Source: Octopus vulgaris
Lineage: Eukaryota
Assembly (NCBI GenBank): GCA_951406725.2
Contig: OX597834.1
Location: 7,936,001-8,000,000, forward strand
DNA length: 64,000 nucleotides
Direction of reading: 5' to 3'
Of this stretch, positions 15,966 to 30,634 are shown piece after piece. The notes under the pieces are model-generated. The model saw nothing but the letters and a program-made list of their open reading frames with translations, had not been told where the DNA came from and did not search any database. Each line of letters opens with the position of its first letter. Position 1 is the stretch's first letter. Both the position numbers and the translations under genes were made by a program.

Positions 15966-16177
15966 GGAGAGAGAGAGAGGATGAGCAGGAGACAGAGATT
16001 TCTATATATATATTTACTTACATATATAAGATATATATATAGTTCTATATATAAATCCACGCACACTCACATACACACAAATACATACATACTACTGAAT
16101 CTCGCAGTACGCTTGTATACAACTACACACATACAGATACACCCACACACATATGTATATATACTCATATATGCTCT

Positions 16178-16231
<54 letters not shown>

Positions 16232-17399
16232 ATGTGTGTGATTATATTAATATACATGTATAGTATCTGTATGTGTGTGTATATATGCAAAAGGATATGT
16301 AAATAGATATACATATATAAATATATTCGTATATATGTGTGTGGGCATATATATAAATATTTATACATACATATATTTAACATCATTTGTGTGCTGATTC
16401 ATGTACACAAAACTCCATACGAAATATACGTTAATCTGTTCGTTGATTTATACATTCATATGGGCATACATATATACATCCATGCAAACTTACACTTATA
16501 CATATAAAATCCATATGTATTTCTGTAATGTAGTTGATAGGTCTTAATTGGGTGTAATTCCTATGGGAAATCATGGCTTCTTTACATATAACTACTTTCG
16601 CTTTCCAATTCACTTGACATGACATTTTGGCAGCAAATTTCTCCAATATAATAATAAGCAATCACCATCATCAACTGAATTTTATTTTCACTTTTATTTT
16701 CTATAAAATATCCAAAGTATGGAACACAACTTTACACATATACTAGAAGGAAAATTTTAAAATTCAAATTTTGACTGAAAATTATGTTGACTCAGGTGTT
16801 ATCTGGTTATAAGAATAATTTCAGGTATATACGACGCCATTTATTAAACGTCATAAAATGCAAGGTGAGCTATATTGGATGGATGACAAGGTTTCTCGTA
16901 CCATGATTATCAAAACCATTATTTGTGTTTATTGCTTTGATCTGTACCTATGTGGAGCATCGATTTAAATCTTTGTCCTCTATATTTAAGAGTTATTGTA
17001 TGACTAAAACGTATTATTTAAAGAATATTTGGCTGCAGGTGATTGTAGACATTCCTTGGTTTACACTGCAACATAGTGCTGGAGAATTACTTCTAGTGAG
17101 AGATATTCCATGCCTCAGATTGTGTATCTGTGCGTCGAAGCATGTAATTTAGTTGTTACACATCTACGCAATGTCTGCAGTGTGATGACTGGATTAGGGC
17201 AATAGACAAAAAGCAAAAACAAAAAAAAACAACAACGGCTCGTTACGACGAGATAAATTGCTTCAAAATGTTTGGCAATACAACAGATGTACAGATATGC
17301 ATCGGTGATGTTAGAGAACACAGTATTTATCTATCTATCTCTCTATCTATCTCACTGTCTGTCTGTCTGTCTGTCTTTTTGTCTGTTTGTCTGTTTGTC

Positions 17400-17781
17400 T
17401 ATCAAAGATGCTTGAGAGGCGGTTGGATGGAACCTACACTCCCCTTCTTATGAGAGCTCAAAATCTCTCGTGGAAGCGCCATCCAACCAAAATGCAAATA
17501 TATGGGAAACTACCACCTGTGTCATCTCTTGTGAAAGGTAGGAGAGTCCAGTTTTGCTGGACATTGTTGTAGAGCTGAAAAAGAAGTTATTTCTACTCTT
17601 CTCCTCTGGAAGCCATCTATTCGCAATACCAGAGGGCGCACACTCTCCTACCCTGATGTAATCTCCAGGTATACAGGCATCCAGCAACAGGACCTCCGTA
17701 ATGCCATGATGGACCGTGAAGTCTGGCGTAGCATGGCAAATTCCATTGTCCCGACCACGGTCGAACAATGATGATGATGAT
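17400..17781 (+). mobile_element. RTE/RTEX-like LINE 3' fragment
   Basis: SKMLERRLDGTYT.LLMRAQNLSWKRHPT...RRVQF(fs)AGHC; (TGA)n tail. Confidence 0.8.
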
Positions 17782-17819
17782 GTCTGTCTATCGGCAGTGT
17801 ATCGTGCCGGCAAACAAAC

Positions 17820-18365
17820 CTAGAAGGAATATTTTCCTCATCCGCCGGTCAACTTTTCAATGAACGTCTATCGACTTTTATACGTCACTCTACTTCGACA
17901 CATCCTCGAGTCGTGCATCCAGGCCTCGAACCTATATCTCCAGAAAGATATACAGCACCTGGAACGGGTTCAACGCTCACCCACCCGAATGGTCACGGGT
18001 TTGTCTAAGCTTACGTATGAGGAACGTCTCCAACTGCTGGCATTACCTTCACTCGAACGACAGAGGATGTGGGGAGATCTCATCCTGGCTTTCAACACCT
18101 TCAACGGGAATGTAAACCTACCATTTGCAGAGTTTTCCACCACTGCGCTGGATAGCGGGTCTTCGTGGGTATGATTGCAAACTCTATCCCCGACACTTTC
18201 GTCTCAACAGGCAGAAACTCGCATGCTCCGTCCGTTTCGCAGCGTCATACAACTACCAACCACTCCCCTGTTCAAAAGGGAATTCTGGACAATTGTGGCG
18301 TCTATGTATAGAACAGTTTATAACAATAACTGTTTTTAATTTTTTTTGTGTTTTTTACATAGCTT
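17820..18365 (+). mobile_element. CR1-like LINE 3' fragment
   Basis: LY..L.RHILE.C......YLQKDI..LERVQR..TRMV.GL..L.YEERL..L.LPSLE..R..GDLI. Confidence 0.85.
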
Positions 18366-18404
18366 AAACATATTGTGCTCTTCTCCTACTATTAAATTTG
18401 ATTG

Positions 18405-18455
<51 letters not shown>

Positions 18456-18459
18456 TATA

Positions 18460-18660
18460 CTCTTTTACTCTTTTACTTGTTTCAGTCATTTCACTGCGGC
18501 CATGCTGGAGCACCGCCTTTAGTCGAGCAAATCGACCCCGGGACTTATTCTTTGTAAGCCCAGTACTTATTATATCGGTCTCTTTTGCCGAACCGCTAAG
18601 TTACGGGGACGTAAACACACCAGCATCAGTTGTCAAGCAATGCTAGGGGGACAAACACAA

Positions 18661-18703
<43 letters not shown>

Positions 18704-18890
18704 ATATATATATATATACATATATACGACAGGCTTCTTTCAGTTTCCGTCTACCAAATCCACTCACAAGGCATTGGTCGGCCCGGGGCTATAGCAGAAG
18801 ACACTTGCCCAAGATGCCACGCAGTGGGACTGAACCCGGAACCATGTGGTTGGTAAGCAAGCTACTTACCATACAGCCACTCCTGCGCCT
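18460..18890 (-). mobile_element. tRNA-derived SINE family C, full length
   Basis: Minus-strand head ggcgcaggagtggctgt.tggtaag, B box ggttcagtccc, internal (TA)/(TG) tract, (gtaaaaga)n tail. Confidence 0.9.
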
Positions 18891-18946
18891 ATATATATAT
18901 ATACGTACATACATACATACACACACATACACACACAGGCACTGAC

Positions 18947-18977
<31 letters not shown>

Positions 18978-19124
18978 TATATATATATATACAGGGTTGG
19001 CCAACAGATATCTGACAGAAAATCAAAATCGCTTAATTCCAAGACTAAAACAAAAAATTATTTTATATGAGACTTCGCTAATAAACAGACAAATGTTGAA
19101 AAAAACATACATGCGGTCACAGCC

Positions 19125-19517
19125 ACGAAACCGTTCTGCATGCACTCGTGCAGTGTCCAACCATTTCGGACCTGTGGGCTTATGCTGAACGGCTGTTATC
19201 ACGTGCGTGACGAGTCCACCTGTCGGCCGAGTCTACTGTGATTATTGCTCCGCTACCTTCCCTCAACCGGGAAGGCAAGGCAGTCTTCATTGAACTGGTG
19301 GCCATGGTGAAAGAATGTATGTGGTGGACTCGAGCGAAAGGATTAGAGACAAACACTTACCTCCCTGGCAAATCGCTCATCGACTTTTTCAAGTACCACT
19401 TGAAAGAGAAGGTGAGATTGGAGCGGTGAAATTTTCACAAAAGGTGGGTGAATGTAGAAAAGATGGTGCGTGCGAGCGACGAAACCACTTTGAGCATGAT
19501 CATGTAACTCGAAAAGA

Positions 19518-19577
<60 letters not shown>

Positions 19578-19860
19578 AGTTTGCTCTCATATTTTTATTT
19601 CCTACCTGTCTGAGTTTACTGCGGTTTTTTCTGTAGGCTTTTCTTTCCACGGATAAACCTAATCTTGCTCCTTACATTTTCAAAATTTCTACTGGAGTAC
19701 ACAATCTCTTTTGATCGCCTTTTTTTCCCCTGATCCCTTTTGATCGGAATTTCACATTTTTTCTCTCCCCACCCTTTTTCGTTTTCATTTTCGAAATGAA
19801 AAGCTCTACATTTGTATTTGTCCCCTCACTATTCAGCACTGTTTGGCCAATAAAAATGTT
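19125..19860 (+). mobile_element. L1/Tx1-like LINE 3' fragment interrupted by (GA)n
   Basis: ETVLHALVQCP...LW motif, then AMVKECMWWTR; pyrimidine-rich 3' region ending with aataaa. Confidence 0.65.
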
Positions 19861-19925
19861 ATCTATCTATCTATCAATTAATCAATCTATCTATCTATCT
19901 ATTAATCTATCTCTCTATCTATCTT

Positions 19926-20004
<79 letters not shown>

Positions 20005-20497
20005 ATCTATTAAATCTTCTATATGTATGTCTATCTAGCTACGGAACACATTTATCCCTCCGTCTATCCATCTACTTACCATTTATAATTTTATTCTTAC
20101 TTTTCTACATACTTCCAAGTATTAAGAAAAAAACGAAAAAACAAATGTTAAACCTTTCAAACTTTTAAGACGTTTATATTCACGAATCTTGAAAGCTTTT
20201 ATATCCGTGACCTTTTAAACAAAACTATATCCACCAACCTATTACAGAAAATTACAAATTAAACCTCCTTGTAAATTACTACCTCTAATGCACTCTATAT
20301 TGTATTACTTTGTTTTGTAGAGTTTTATTCTACTTCTTCCCATCCTCCACCAAACGGAGTTACGTCGTTATTTTATTAAACTATATATATTTATATATAC
20401 CAAGGGCTTTGTATTACTTATTCCACTGTTTGTGTGTATATATGTATATAGTAGAATAAGAAATAGCCAGACTTATCTATCTATCTATCTATCTATA

Positions 20498-20554
<57 letters not shown>

Positions 20555-20559
20555 CTCTC

Positions 20560-20650
<91 letters not shown>

Positions 20651-20654
<4 letters not shown>

Positions 20655-20933
20655 AGAATGGAGCTGAACGAAGATTTAACAAAATTCCTTTATTTTATTT
20701 TCGACATATGTTTCGATGTCTGCAGACTTCGAAACATATGTCGAAAATAAAAATCTTCGTTCATCCATTCTTCTATATATATATTAAATTAAACTTCAAA
20801 TTTCCGCACTAAGTCACGGAGTTTATGCCCTATGGTCGTAACTTCAACCGTGCTTTTTCTGTTGTGAGTTTGCTACCCAAGTATCGGTTATCTTTCGAAT
20901 TATCCGTAATAAGATAATTCATTTGTCTACTTA
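20651..20933. mobile_element. Family H1 element, foldback form
   Basis: Hairpin 20651-20775 of the HHR 3' half (cgaaacatatgtcgaaaataa) plus reverse complement of the H1 5' end (20840-20933). Confidence 0.75.
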
Positions 20934-21127
20934 AATAATATAAATATATATATATATAAATGCGGCAGGCAACAGGTTGCTTAGCCACATACCGAAAAAA
21001 TTAGAAATAGCAGTCAAAGACTGTTTATTTCTATTTTCTACAAATGAGACTCCACATACGACATATCCCTTTAATTCATATATGCAAAACAGAAGGAAGA
21101 AATAACGAAAACAAAGTCTAACGGTCA

Positions 21128-21186
21128 TTTACCAACGCATTTCTAGATTAGGAATAAATAAATTCCGTGTCTTTCATCAGCGTAAA
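21128..21186 (-). ncRNA. Hammerhead-like motif, family H2 (element about 20960-21400)
   Basis: Minus strand: tttacg-CTGATGA-..ggaat/attcc..-GAAA-tgcg-TT-ggtaaa; flank homologous to 37665-37790. Confidence 0.55.
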
Positions 21187-21451
21187 CCTCCACTAAAATA
21201 GATTTATCAAATGCTACGTACATCCATTTCCCGATCAGGCGACATCGAAATAGTGGAAGAAAGCAAGCATTGGCTAAATCTATATAGACGATTGAATTCG
21301 TAAATTTTCCCTCCAAAATTTTACGATGCGTATTACAAAAATAGTTCCTTAGAGATAGAAACTATGGGTTATTGTATATGCTGAAATCTACCATTAAATA
21401 ATTGTTGGTTCTTTTTAAAAACCATTAAAGATATTATTTACACTTATTATA

Positions 21452-21517
<66 letters not shown>

Positions 21518-21873
21518 TGTTGGTCTATCTATATATCTATGTATCTATCTACCTATATATATATATATACTTTTTATATTATTATTTGATTGAAAGGCAT
21601 GCATCCATTTCCAACTAAGTTTATCTTAAACATTTTGATGCGACTCTATACTGTGGTCTCTCTCATCCTTTTCTCTAATCCTCTTTTTCTCCTCTTTACC
21701 GTTTTCTATCTGACTCTCTCTCTCACTCTTTCTCCCTTTCTCTCTCTCGTTGCTCACGCGTGCCCATCGTACATCTTTCAATTCCCCAAATGATCATCTT
21801 TCTTTTCTTTCAGGACTGCCCTGAGGACTGAATGTAACCTATCTCTCCCAGCTATCTTTTCTCTTATATATAA

Positions 21874-21904
<31 letters not shown>

Positions 21905-21906
21905 GC

Positions 21907-21949
<43 letters not shown>

Positions 21950-22152
21950 GCGAGAGTGCTGGAGAGTTTCCAGCTTTGGTTAAATGAAAATACAAGAGGA
22001 TCAGTTAATCATGATTTCTTTCAACATATTCTCTTCTCAGACGCCCACACATTTTGTAGGTGTCCTTGCGTTTTTCTAAGCCCTGTAAAAGAACTCAGAA
22101 TGTCGGGCCATCAACTAGGCTTTTCGCATCAGCCTTAAGGAACCTTCAACGC
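21950..22152. mobile_element. Mariner-type MITE, second copy
   Basis: Collinear with 10732-10948 (tcagttaat.atgatt..ttcaacata, ttctaagcc.tgtaaa). Confidence 0.65.
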
Positions 22153-22194
22153 ACACAAACACACACACACACACACACACGCACGCACACACGC

Positions 22195-22229
<35 letters not shown>

Positions 22230-22907
22230 CTATAGATTTCATTGCCATTGATATTGATGCTCCTGTTGCTGTCAACTGGTAGATAGAATCAGTAGTGATT
22301 TACTATGTCTTTGACAGAATTTGACCATATGAAATGTGGCATATAATCTAATATTCTTCTTGCTATATGGTCATATGCAGATATATGAGATGTGATTTGA
22401 AAAGGCTCTTATAAACACCCATGGAAATTCTAAGCAAACATATCTAATATTTATTTTATATTAATATTTTTTGGGTTTGGCAAATATGATTGGCAAATAA
22501 TAGATTCAGTGTCAGAGTGTTGAACAACTCGGATGAAAATTCTGTCCACTTTCTTGTAGAATTGAGATAGGAAAGTGTGACATAAAATGTCGCCTTCATA
22601 AACGAAACCTCTTCTTTTGTAGCTTCAGTATTATTTATGAAGCATTTACGCTGGAAATGCACTTTATTAAATGTAGCACTTAATAAGAAGTATATATATT
22701 CCTAAATTTAAGTTAATATGGGTATGTTTTCACATCATTTGCAATATGCGCAATGAAATTCTTCAAAAACTCGTTATACTTTAATCTCTATGCTACATAT
22801 TCCAGATAACGTTTACTCAAGATAATTTATTATCTTGTAGAATATGCTTTACGGAATGCTGCTTTTGCTGATATATTCTAGCTTTTATGAGTTTCTGTGT
22901 ACTTTAG

Positions 22908-23075
22908 GTTGGCGAGCTGGCCGAATCATTCGCAACGCTAGGCAAAAAGATTTTCGGCTTTCCGTCCATCCATACGTTTTGAGTTTAAATTCTGTCATTG
23001 TCGACCTTCAGCATTTCGGTGTCAATAAAATAATCACGAATTGAACACTGGGGTTGATGTAATCGATTTATCCCT
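22908..23075 (+). mobile_element. SINE family A, diverged
   Basis: ggcgagctggccgaatc head; ctggggttgatgtaatcga. Confidence 0.65.
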
Positions 23076-23449
23076 GCCTCCGGAATTGCAGAATTGATAA
23101 AAAAAAATTTAAACCGTTATTTACTGTCTACTTTGACCAATATGGACTTCCATTTATATGAGCGTAGAAGGCGAGCTTACGAAAACTCACCTTTTATTTC
23201 CAGCAGAGGAAACAATAGAAAGTTTCTGTACTTACCGATAGTCATAGACTTAGCAGTAAAATCCTACAAGGTTAAGGAAACAGTCAAAACAACCCTCACC
23301 ATACCATGTATTCGTGTAACGAAATTATCGAAAATTAGTTTTCTTTTTGGAAGACAGAAGAGAGCCCTTTAAAAGCAATCCGTTTTACAGTGTAAACGTG
23401 AATTGTTGTTACAAATTTCAGCAAATAAATAGAGACTACGATATCTTTT

Positions 23450-23620
23450 ATCGTTTACTTATCGTTGTTATCGGACTGCATCGATGCTGGGGTATTGCCT
23501 TGAAGTGATTTAGACTAACGAATCTACTCCAGTAATATTTTTCTGGGTCACTTGATGCAAAAAAGCTAATTTAGGAGGATATAAACAAACAAACACCAGT
23601 TTTCAAGCAGCGGGGTTCAT
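23450..23620 (-). mobile_element. SINE family C, old 3' fragment
   Basis: Diverged match to the family C tail (cttttatcgtttactt...gatgctgg...aaacaccag). Confidence 0.5.
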
Positions 23621-23732
23621 GTAAAAAGACACACTGGTACGTACACACAGAGACACAGACTCACACACGCACGCGTGTGTGTATGTGTGTATATATATAT
23701 GTGTATAAATATATATATATATATACATATAT

Positions 23733-24040
23733 CACCGTGATCACCGTGACCGACCTGGCTATCAGATATTGCTACACATCGCAGGTCACAATGCGCTTCG
23801 CATTGTTTTAGCCTTCAAATGACCCCACCCCGCTGGCTAAGCGAGCAATCCAACAGAAAAAAGAGCGAGAGAAAGTTGTGTCGAAAGAGTACAGCAGGGA
23901 TCGCCACCACCTCCTGCCGGAGCCTCGTGGAACCTTAGGTGTTTTCGCTCAATAAACACTCACAACGCCCGGTCTGGGAATCGAAACTACGATGCTACGA
24001 CCGCGAGTCCGCTACCCTAATCACCGGGCCATTGTGCCTC

Positions 24041-24042
<2 letters not shown>
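23733..24042 (-). mobile_element. SINE family B (tail type 2)
   Basis: Reverse complement of 6851-7130. Confidence 0.85.
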
Positions 24043-24077
<35 letters not shown>

Positions 24078-24078
24078 T

Positions 24079-24131
<53 letters not shown>

Positions 24132-24209
24132 TTGTTTAAATATATATATATATATATATATTTGTTTAAATATATATATATATATAAATATATTTAAACA
24201 TATATTGTG

Positions 24210-24508
<299 letters not shown>

Positions 24509-24786
24509 ATAATTGTTTGCTCATGAGAGCATCGATCGGCGCACTGCCATTATATACTTTAAAGTGGAAATGCAATTAACGACATTTATACACTGAAGCC
24601 TTTGAGAAGAAAAACAATCAGCTTGATGACTGAATTTTTCACGAAATTTGCTTCTTTGTAAGAGCAATTCCGAGCGTGTTTGAAACTTCTAGTATCTTGT
24701 CATTGAAGCCTAACCTTCATTATAAATGCCTAATTGAAGATAAGAACCTTATCGATTTACAATATCTATCTCTCATGAAATCTCTG

Positions 24787-24825
<39 letters not shown>

Positions 24826-24877
24826 CGATTTTGCATGCTAAATTCTAATTTGTACTAACCTGCATAGTTCTAGCATG

Positions 24878-25410
24878 ATAAAATACATACTGCTTAAAGT
24901 GGAATAGCTGCAGGGTGCAATGGAATAGTCAATAATATAAATGTGCGTTTGAAAAATAATTTCCATTTGAATCTATGAATATTTATTAAGTTCACTGCTA
25001 ACATTAAAAGAGCAAAAGAGAATTAAAGGAAAACTTTAATTTTGATTTTTGATTCTATATTTATTTACGTGCATTGAATAATTAACATTCCTTTTTAGTC
25101 GTCACTGTTGATGATGATGTATCTTTCATTAGTATCTTACATATAGCGTACAGACTTTTGATATTTTGATCAAAGAGTATAATTACTTCATGTTTTGAAT
25201 ATGGAGTATCTTTTCACTGTGTTTTGTTAATTATGTAACCTTGGTATAGACTATACACGTTTATTTGATTATGAACTAACATTATTCAGTACATTATTGG
25301 TACAATAGCTTTGAAAGATTGATAATAGAGTATCATAATTTAATATTTTGACTACGGAGTATCGAGGGTATGGATGATAATGATTTGTTGGAGGTGTAGA
25401 CGCAATATCT
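24878..25410 (+). repeat. Local duplication, copy 1 (copy 2 at 31714-32245)
   Basis: Near-identical about 530 bp beginning gataaaatacatactgcttaaagtggaatagc. Confidence 0.9.
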
Positions 25411-25420
25411 CTCTGACAAT

Positions 25421-25580
25421 AAGGCGGAGAACTGCCAGAATCATTAGCACGACACGCAAAATGCTTAGTGGTATTTCGGCCATCCTCACCTTCTGAGTTC
25501 AAAATACGCCGAGGTCGACTTTGTCTTTCATCCTTGCAGGACAAAATAAGTATCAGTTGAGTAGTGGGGTTGGTGCAAAT
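25421..25580 (+). mobile_element. SINE family A
   Basis: ggcggagaactgccagaatc..ctgagttcaaa..gccgaggtcgactttg. Confidence 0.75.
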
Positions 25581-25681
25581 TGCTAATCTTGTGGCAATGT
25601 TTGAAACTAATATTTATTTGACACTATGACTCATTATTTCAGTGATAGTTAATAAATATATATATATATATATATATATAA

Positions 25682-25782
25682 AGTTAATCCAAACAAGAAA
25701 ACAAAAACAAAAAACCCAACAACGCAAGGACGTGGAACAAATAAAGTATTATTGGACGCTCAGGAAAGAAGGGAAGAAGGAG

Positions 25783-25820
<38 letters not shown>

Positions 25821-26005
25821 ATCCGAACACAATCCAAACATGAACAAGCAAGAAAAAACAACTGTAGGACATGGAATAAGTACAGTGTTATTGGACACTC
25901 AGCAAAGGAAAGAAAAGAAAGATGATATCACGTTTCGAACGGAGCTCGTCATCAGAAATATAGAAAAATCCAAAGTGGGAAAGATGGAGAAAGAAGATCG
26001 CCAAT
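25682..26005 (-). mobile_element. Two family H3 fragments; HHR-like motif at about 25925-25960
   Basis: Minus strand CTGATGA-c-gagc(tcc)gttc-GAAAC-GTG; 25682-25785 is the reverse complement of about 24311-24410. Confidence 0.7.
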
Positions 26006-26058
26006 GATACATACGCGGTACATACATACATACATACATACATACATGCATACATACA

Positions 26059-26092
<34 letters not shown>

Positions 26093-26126
26093 CATACATA
26101 CATACATACATATATACCTACATATG

Positions 26127-26161
<35 letters not shown>

Positions 26162-26613
26162 ATATATATACATATGTGTGTGTATATATATAATGTTAAA
26201 GAATTAAGTTTAAAAATATGTATGATAGCCTTATTTCAGAGTAAGTCCCTGGTTGTGTGTGTTGCAGAGCACGTTCACCCCTTATAGCTACCAGGCATAT
26301 TCAGCGATACTTAGCAAACATCGTAGTAATAATTCCAGAAATTCGAGGATTCACTTTGGGTAATATTAAAGATACAGAACCTGCGCAGTAAAAGAATGAT
26401 GAATCCATAACCAATTGTAACTGGAATGACAGGACAACTACTACACAACTCTCCGATTACCAACACCGGCCACAGGGCTCCTGCAGGGATAAATTTAATT
26501 GCCTCTTGGAATAATCTTTGCATGGCTCGTTTATAAATGCAATGTGGACAAAAAATTCAGAAATATGCATATCTGTATGTTTTGTGTGTATTAATGTTTA
26601 TGTGTATATTTAA

Positions 26614-26653
<40 letters not shown>

Positions 26654-26763
26654 CTGTGTGTAAATTTAAAATGAGAGTGAGAAATTATATTTTAATTTAA
26701 TTAACCTCGATTTCACACCAGTGGTCTCGCATATAAAAAAAACTGAAGATTCAGTAAAATTGT

Positions 26764-26837
<74 letters not shown>

Positions 26838-27384
26838 CAGATATATACGCATACCCAGAAATACCGTATGCATGTATGTATGTATATGTGTATGTGTGTG
26901 TGTCTACAAGTTCAAATAGAAGAAAGATGCTCACGTTTATTAATCATGAATATGCAATGTAATTTATTTACATCTAAGCAGCTCCCCTTCTGTGTAAAAG
27001 TGACACCTCCATATTTCAGCAACTAATGGATAGAATGCTGTCGTCTATTTAGACGATATTCTAATAAAACGGGAATCACATGTAACACATATGGAATACG
27101 TTAAATGATTATTCGAGAAGAGTAGAGAATGCATTTTCAAGTTGACGGAAGAAAAATGCGAGTTCTTTACGCCAAAAATTAAGTACTTGTGTCTGATAGT
27201 CACTATAAATAAGGTGACGTCGGTCAGTATAAAGTGAGAGTACAAAGTAGACGGTCATAGGTAGTCGTGTCATTACTGGTCTTAGAAACGATACTGCTGT
27301 GCCAGAGTGTACGTTATAACAAACCGACATTAAGACTTACAACAAACATTAAGGCTTTATGGAACTTAGTCCGCAACTGGTAGT

Positions 27385-27500
27385 TATCTTAACAGCCTCA
27401 AAGCGATGATAAACAAAGTCGATTCCGGTAGAATTCGACGTCAGAACATGACAAAATGCTGCTAAACGTTTCGCCCAGCATTCTAAGGATCCTGCCTGCT
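27385..27500 (-). mobile_element. SINE family A, diverged
   Basis: gatgataaacaaagtcga..cgg.agaatt.ga..tcagaac..tttcgccc.gc. Confidence 0.55.
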
Positions 27501-27720
27501 GGAAGCTTATTATGTGTATAATATTGAGGATGAAAAGTAAGTCAGAACTCCTGGAGGTGTCGGGTCATTACATTTATTAATATGCATAAAGAAAATTATT
27601 GAGTTTCTTAAATAAGTGATTAAATACTATTCGTCTTGTTTTCAAGTTATATACATGTATATGTACACACTAAAATTCTAAACACTCGCATATGTATATA
27701 TATGTGCATGTATGTATGTA

Positions 27721-27835
<115 letters not shown>

Positions 27836-27847
27836 CACACACACACA

Positions 27848-27915
<68 letters not shown>

Positions 27916-28359
27916 AGATATATATACGCGTGTGTGTGTAAACGTACACACACTCATATATCACTGTATCTGTTTGTTTTGATTTAATATAATTAATTAT
28001 TTTATTCAACGGGTTAATCTCTAACGACTCCGAAAAAATATTATATTAAAGATATTAAACTTATGAACTAATGAACATTTGAAATAATTTCAAAGAATGT
28101 AAACGCCGATGCTCCTGAGGCTGGAATTAGAAGGCTTTGTAGTTGGCCTTTGAGGTTTGGCATTGGCAGTTGATTTATGATTTATTGATGAGACTGTTTT
28201 TCTCTTTATAGAAAATTTAAAGACAGAAATTTTTGAACTTACACTGCATCTTTAATTCCTTGCATGCTTAGCTTTTGTATTCCGTCTATTAAGTGTTTTT
28301 ATGCATTTGTTTTGAAAGGTTCCTGATGAGAAATTGTGAGTTGAAACAGATGCACTTTT

Positions 28360-28492
28360 CTACTCTAGGCACAAAGACCGAAATTTTGGAGGAGGAGGGT
28401 CACTCGATTAGATCTACCCCAGAACGCAACTGGTACTTAATTTATCGTTCCCGGATGTATGAAAGGCAGCGTCGACCTAGGCGGAATTTGAA
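28360..28492 (-). mobile_element. SINE family A, 3' part
   Basis: caactggtacttaatttatcg..gaaaggc...gtcgacct.ggcggaatttga. Confidence 0.7.
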
Positions 28493-28590
28493 AGTTGAAA
28501 CATATATTGTTATATTTCGGGAGGGTCATTTGTGTTGCCAATAATCTCACGCGCTTCAGATTTATTATTGTTCTTATTTTATTGTGTTTT

Positions 28591-28634
28591 GTCTAAAAAT
28601 CTTTCGTCACACATCCTGCGACCTCTTCAGTGAC
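28591..28634 (-). ncRNA. Hammerhead-like motif, family H4
   Basis: Minus strand: CTGAAGA-g-gtcgca(ggatg)tgtgac-GAAA-gatttt-ta; homologue at 42005-42050. Confidence 0.5.
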
Positions 28635-28759
28635 TCTCAGTCCCATATTTCTTCTACTGTTCTGTTTAGTCCTAGCAACAGTAAGAAGTGAGGAAAGAAC
28701 AAAAATAAACCACCGTTCCGAAACATCACAATATATAAAATACTGTTTGCTTTTTTAGT

Positions 28760-29450
28760 TTTTGCCCAATGCCTCGAGCGAGATCCGGATAAATCTTAGA
28801 AAATGCAACTGATGTGGAGGAAACCTGAAAATGTTGTGAGATCTTCTGGCTTAACTGTTTTGTAAAACTAACATCAAAACATCCTGCTGCAAGAGAGATT
28901 AATTTGCCAAATATGTGCAGCAACAACTGCATGGATGCTCTATGTCTGCATAAATAGAAACCAACTCATAGAATGATCGAAGCAGCATCATCATCACAAT
29001 TAGAAGAAAAATATAAGCATCATCTTCGGCAATAGCCACTATTATACACCCAAAATCAATAGCAGGTCTTGTGTTAAACGATTCTTCTCAGTTGATGCCG
29101 AAATCCAGCAAACACAGATTGGTTAGTGGATTATTTAAGCGCTTCCTGACAGAGGCAATAATAAAGAAAAATGGTTTTGCCCAGTAGGAGAAATGATTAG
29201 AAATGAATGCATGGTGTTAAGTAAGGAAGGAAGTAGTTATAGCAAAATCTAAAAAAGGAGTTCATTTTTAGGAATTTAGAAGAGGCTTCTTAGAAGGGAC
29301 GGAAGGAAGTCTCAACCGATGTCCTTGAGAGAGGAATGGTATTAACGCCATTGTGTAATACTAAGCATAATGCAGCGATGAAAGATTTAAATCAGGTGTT
29401 CTAAGCAACAAAATGGTGAAAGCCGTTCAATGGACCCTACTCCATTAGAT
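28760..29450 (-). pseudogene. Possible highly decayed LINE RT remnant
   Basis: Weak resemblance of FYLCRHRASMQLLLHIFG to the CR1-type LY...RP.MEY...IW motif; many stops. Confidence 0.25.
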
Positions 29451-29552
29451 GGCACACGTCACACTTTATCTCTGTCTTTGTATTGTCCCCCTCATCCTTC
29501 GCCCTGGTGGCAAATAAAACAAATCATCATCCTTAGCATCATTATAATAATA

Positions 29553-29583
<31 letters not shown>

Positions 29584-29586
29584 CAA

Positions 29587-29671
<85 letters not shown>

Positions 29672-29949
29672 ATTAAGTGGTGTCACGAATCATCGTGTCC
29701 AACGTTCTAATATTCTGATAATTTGTGGCACTTAACTCTTACTTTATGAAACGATATGTTGACTCAGTATATAAGAGAGCTAATCCAAATAGGACATTGC
29801 ATTCTATCCGTCGTTCTGAATGCCTCCAACTACTTCCGGGAGTCGATGAACCTTGTATTACTCATGTAAATTGCATATTATGATAGACGATAAGCCGCAC
29901 TTTAACCTTGAGGCATTTTGTACACATCAAAAGTAACTACAGTAACAAA

Positions 29950-30015
<66 letters not shown>

Positions 30016-30044
30016 CAGCAGCAGTAGTAGTAGTCGTAGTAGTA

Positions 30045-30079
<35 letters not shown>

Positions 30080-30188
30080 AGTAGTAGTAGTAGTAGTAGT
30101 TATTTGATTGTACTCCTGCTGTTGTAATTTATTTAATACTAATGTCATGATCGCTAGTTACTAGCTGCTGGTGCTACTGTTGCAACTT

Positions 30189-30253
<65 letters not shown>

Positions 30254-30300
30254 GCTGCTACCATTACGACTACTACTACTGCTGCTACTTGTAGTAGTAT
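29950..30300. repeat. (TAG)n/(GTC)n followed by (CTA)n microsatellites
   Basis: Direct inspection; another (CTA)n at 30562-30634. Confidence 0.95.
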
Positions 30301-30563
30301 ATTACTGGCAGCGGTGGCGGCGAAGATGGCGGCAATTGTCGGAAATAGGAAGTTAGTTGTCGTTAAACAGGAACAATATCATTCAGCTCTCCGTACGCCA
30401 TACGAGATAAAAGTGATGCTATACAGTGGCAGTATAGCACACAATGGTGGTGGAGGTGGTGGTGCTCGTGGTGGTGATATTCCTGTTTGGTGGTGGCATT
30501 TGTAATGAAGACGCTAGTGGTGCTTGCGGAGTTTTTTTGTGGTGGCCGTCGAGATAGTAGCTA

Positions 30564-30634
<71 letters not shown>

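Noticed and set aside
26230-26530. Possible host exon (70-aa minus-strand ORF, nearby splice-like motifs)
   Set aside because: No recognisable domain or consistent splice and frame support
28314-28360. CTGATGA...GAAAC-agat-GCA
   Set aside because: Triplet is not NUH and the stems are poor
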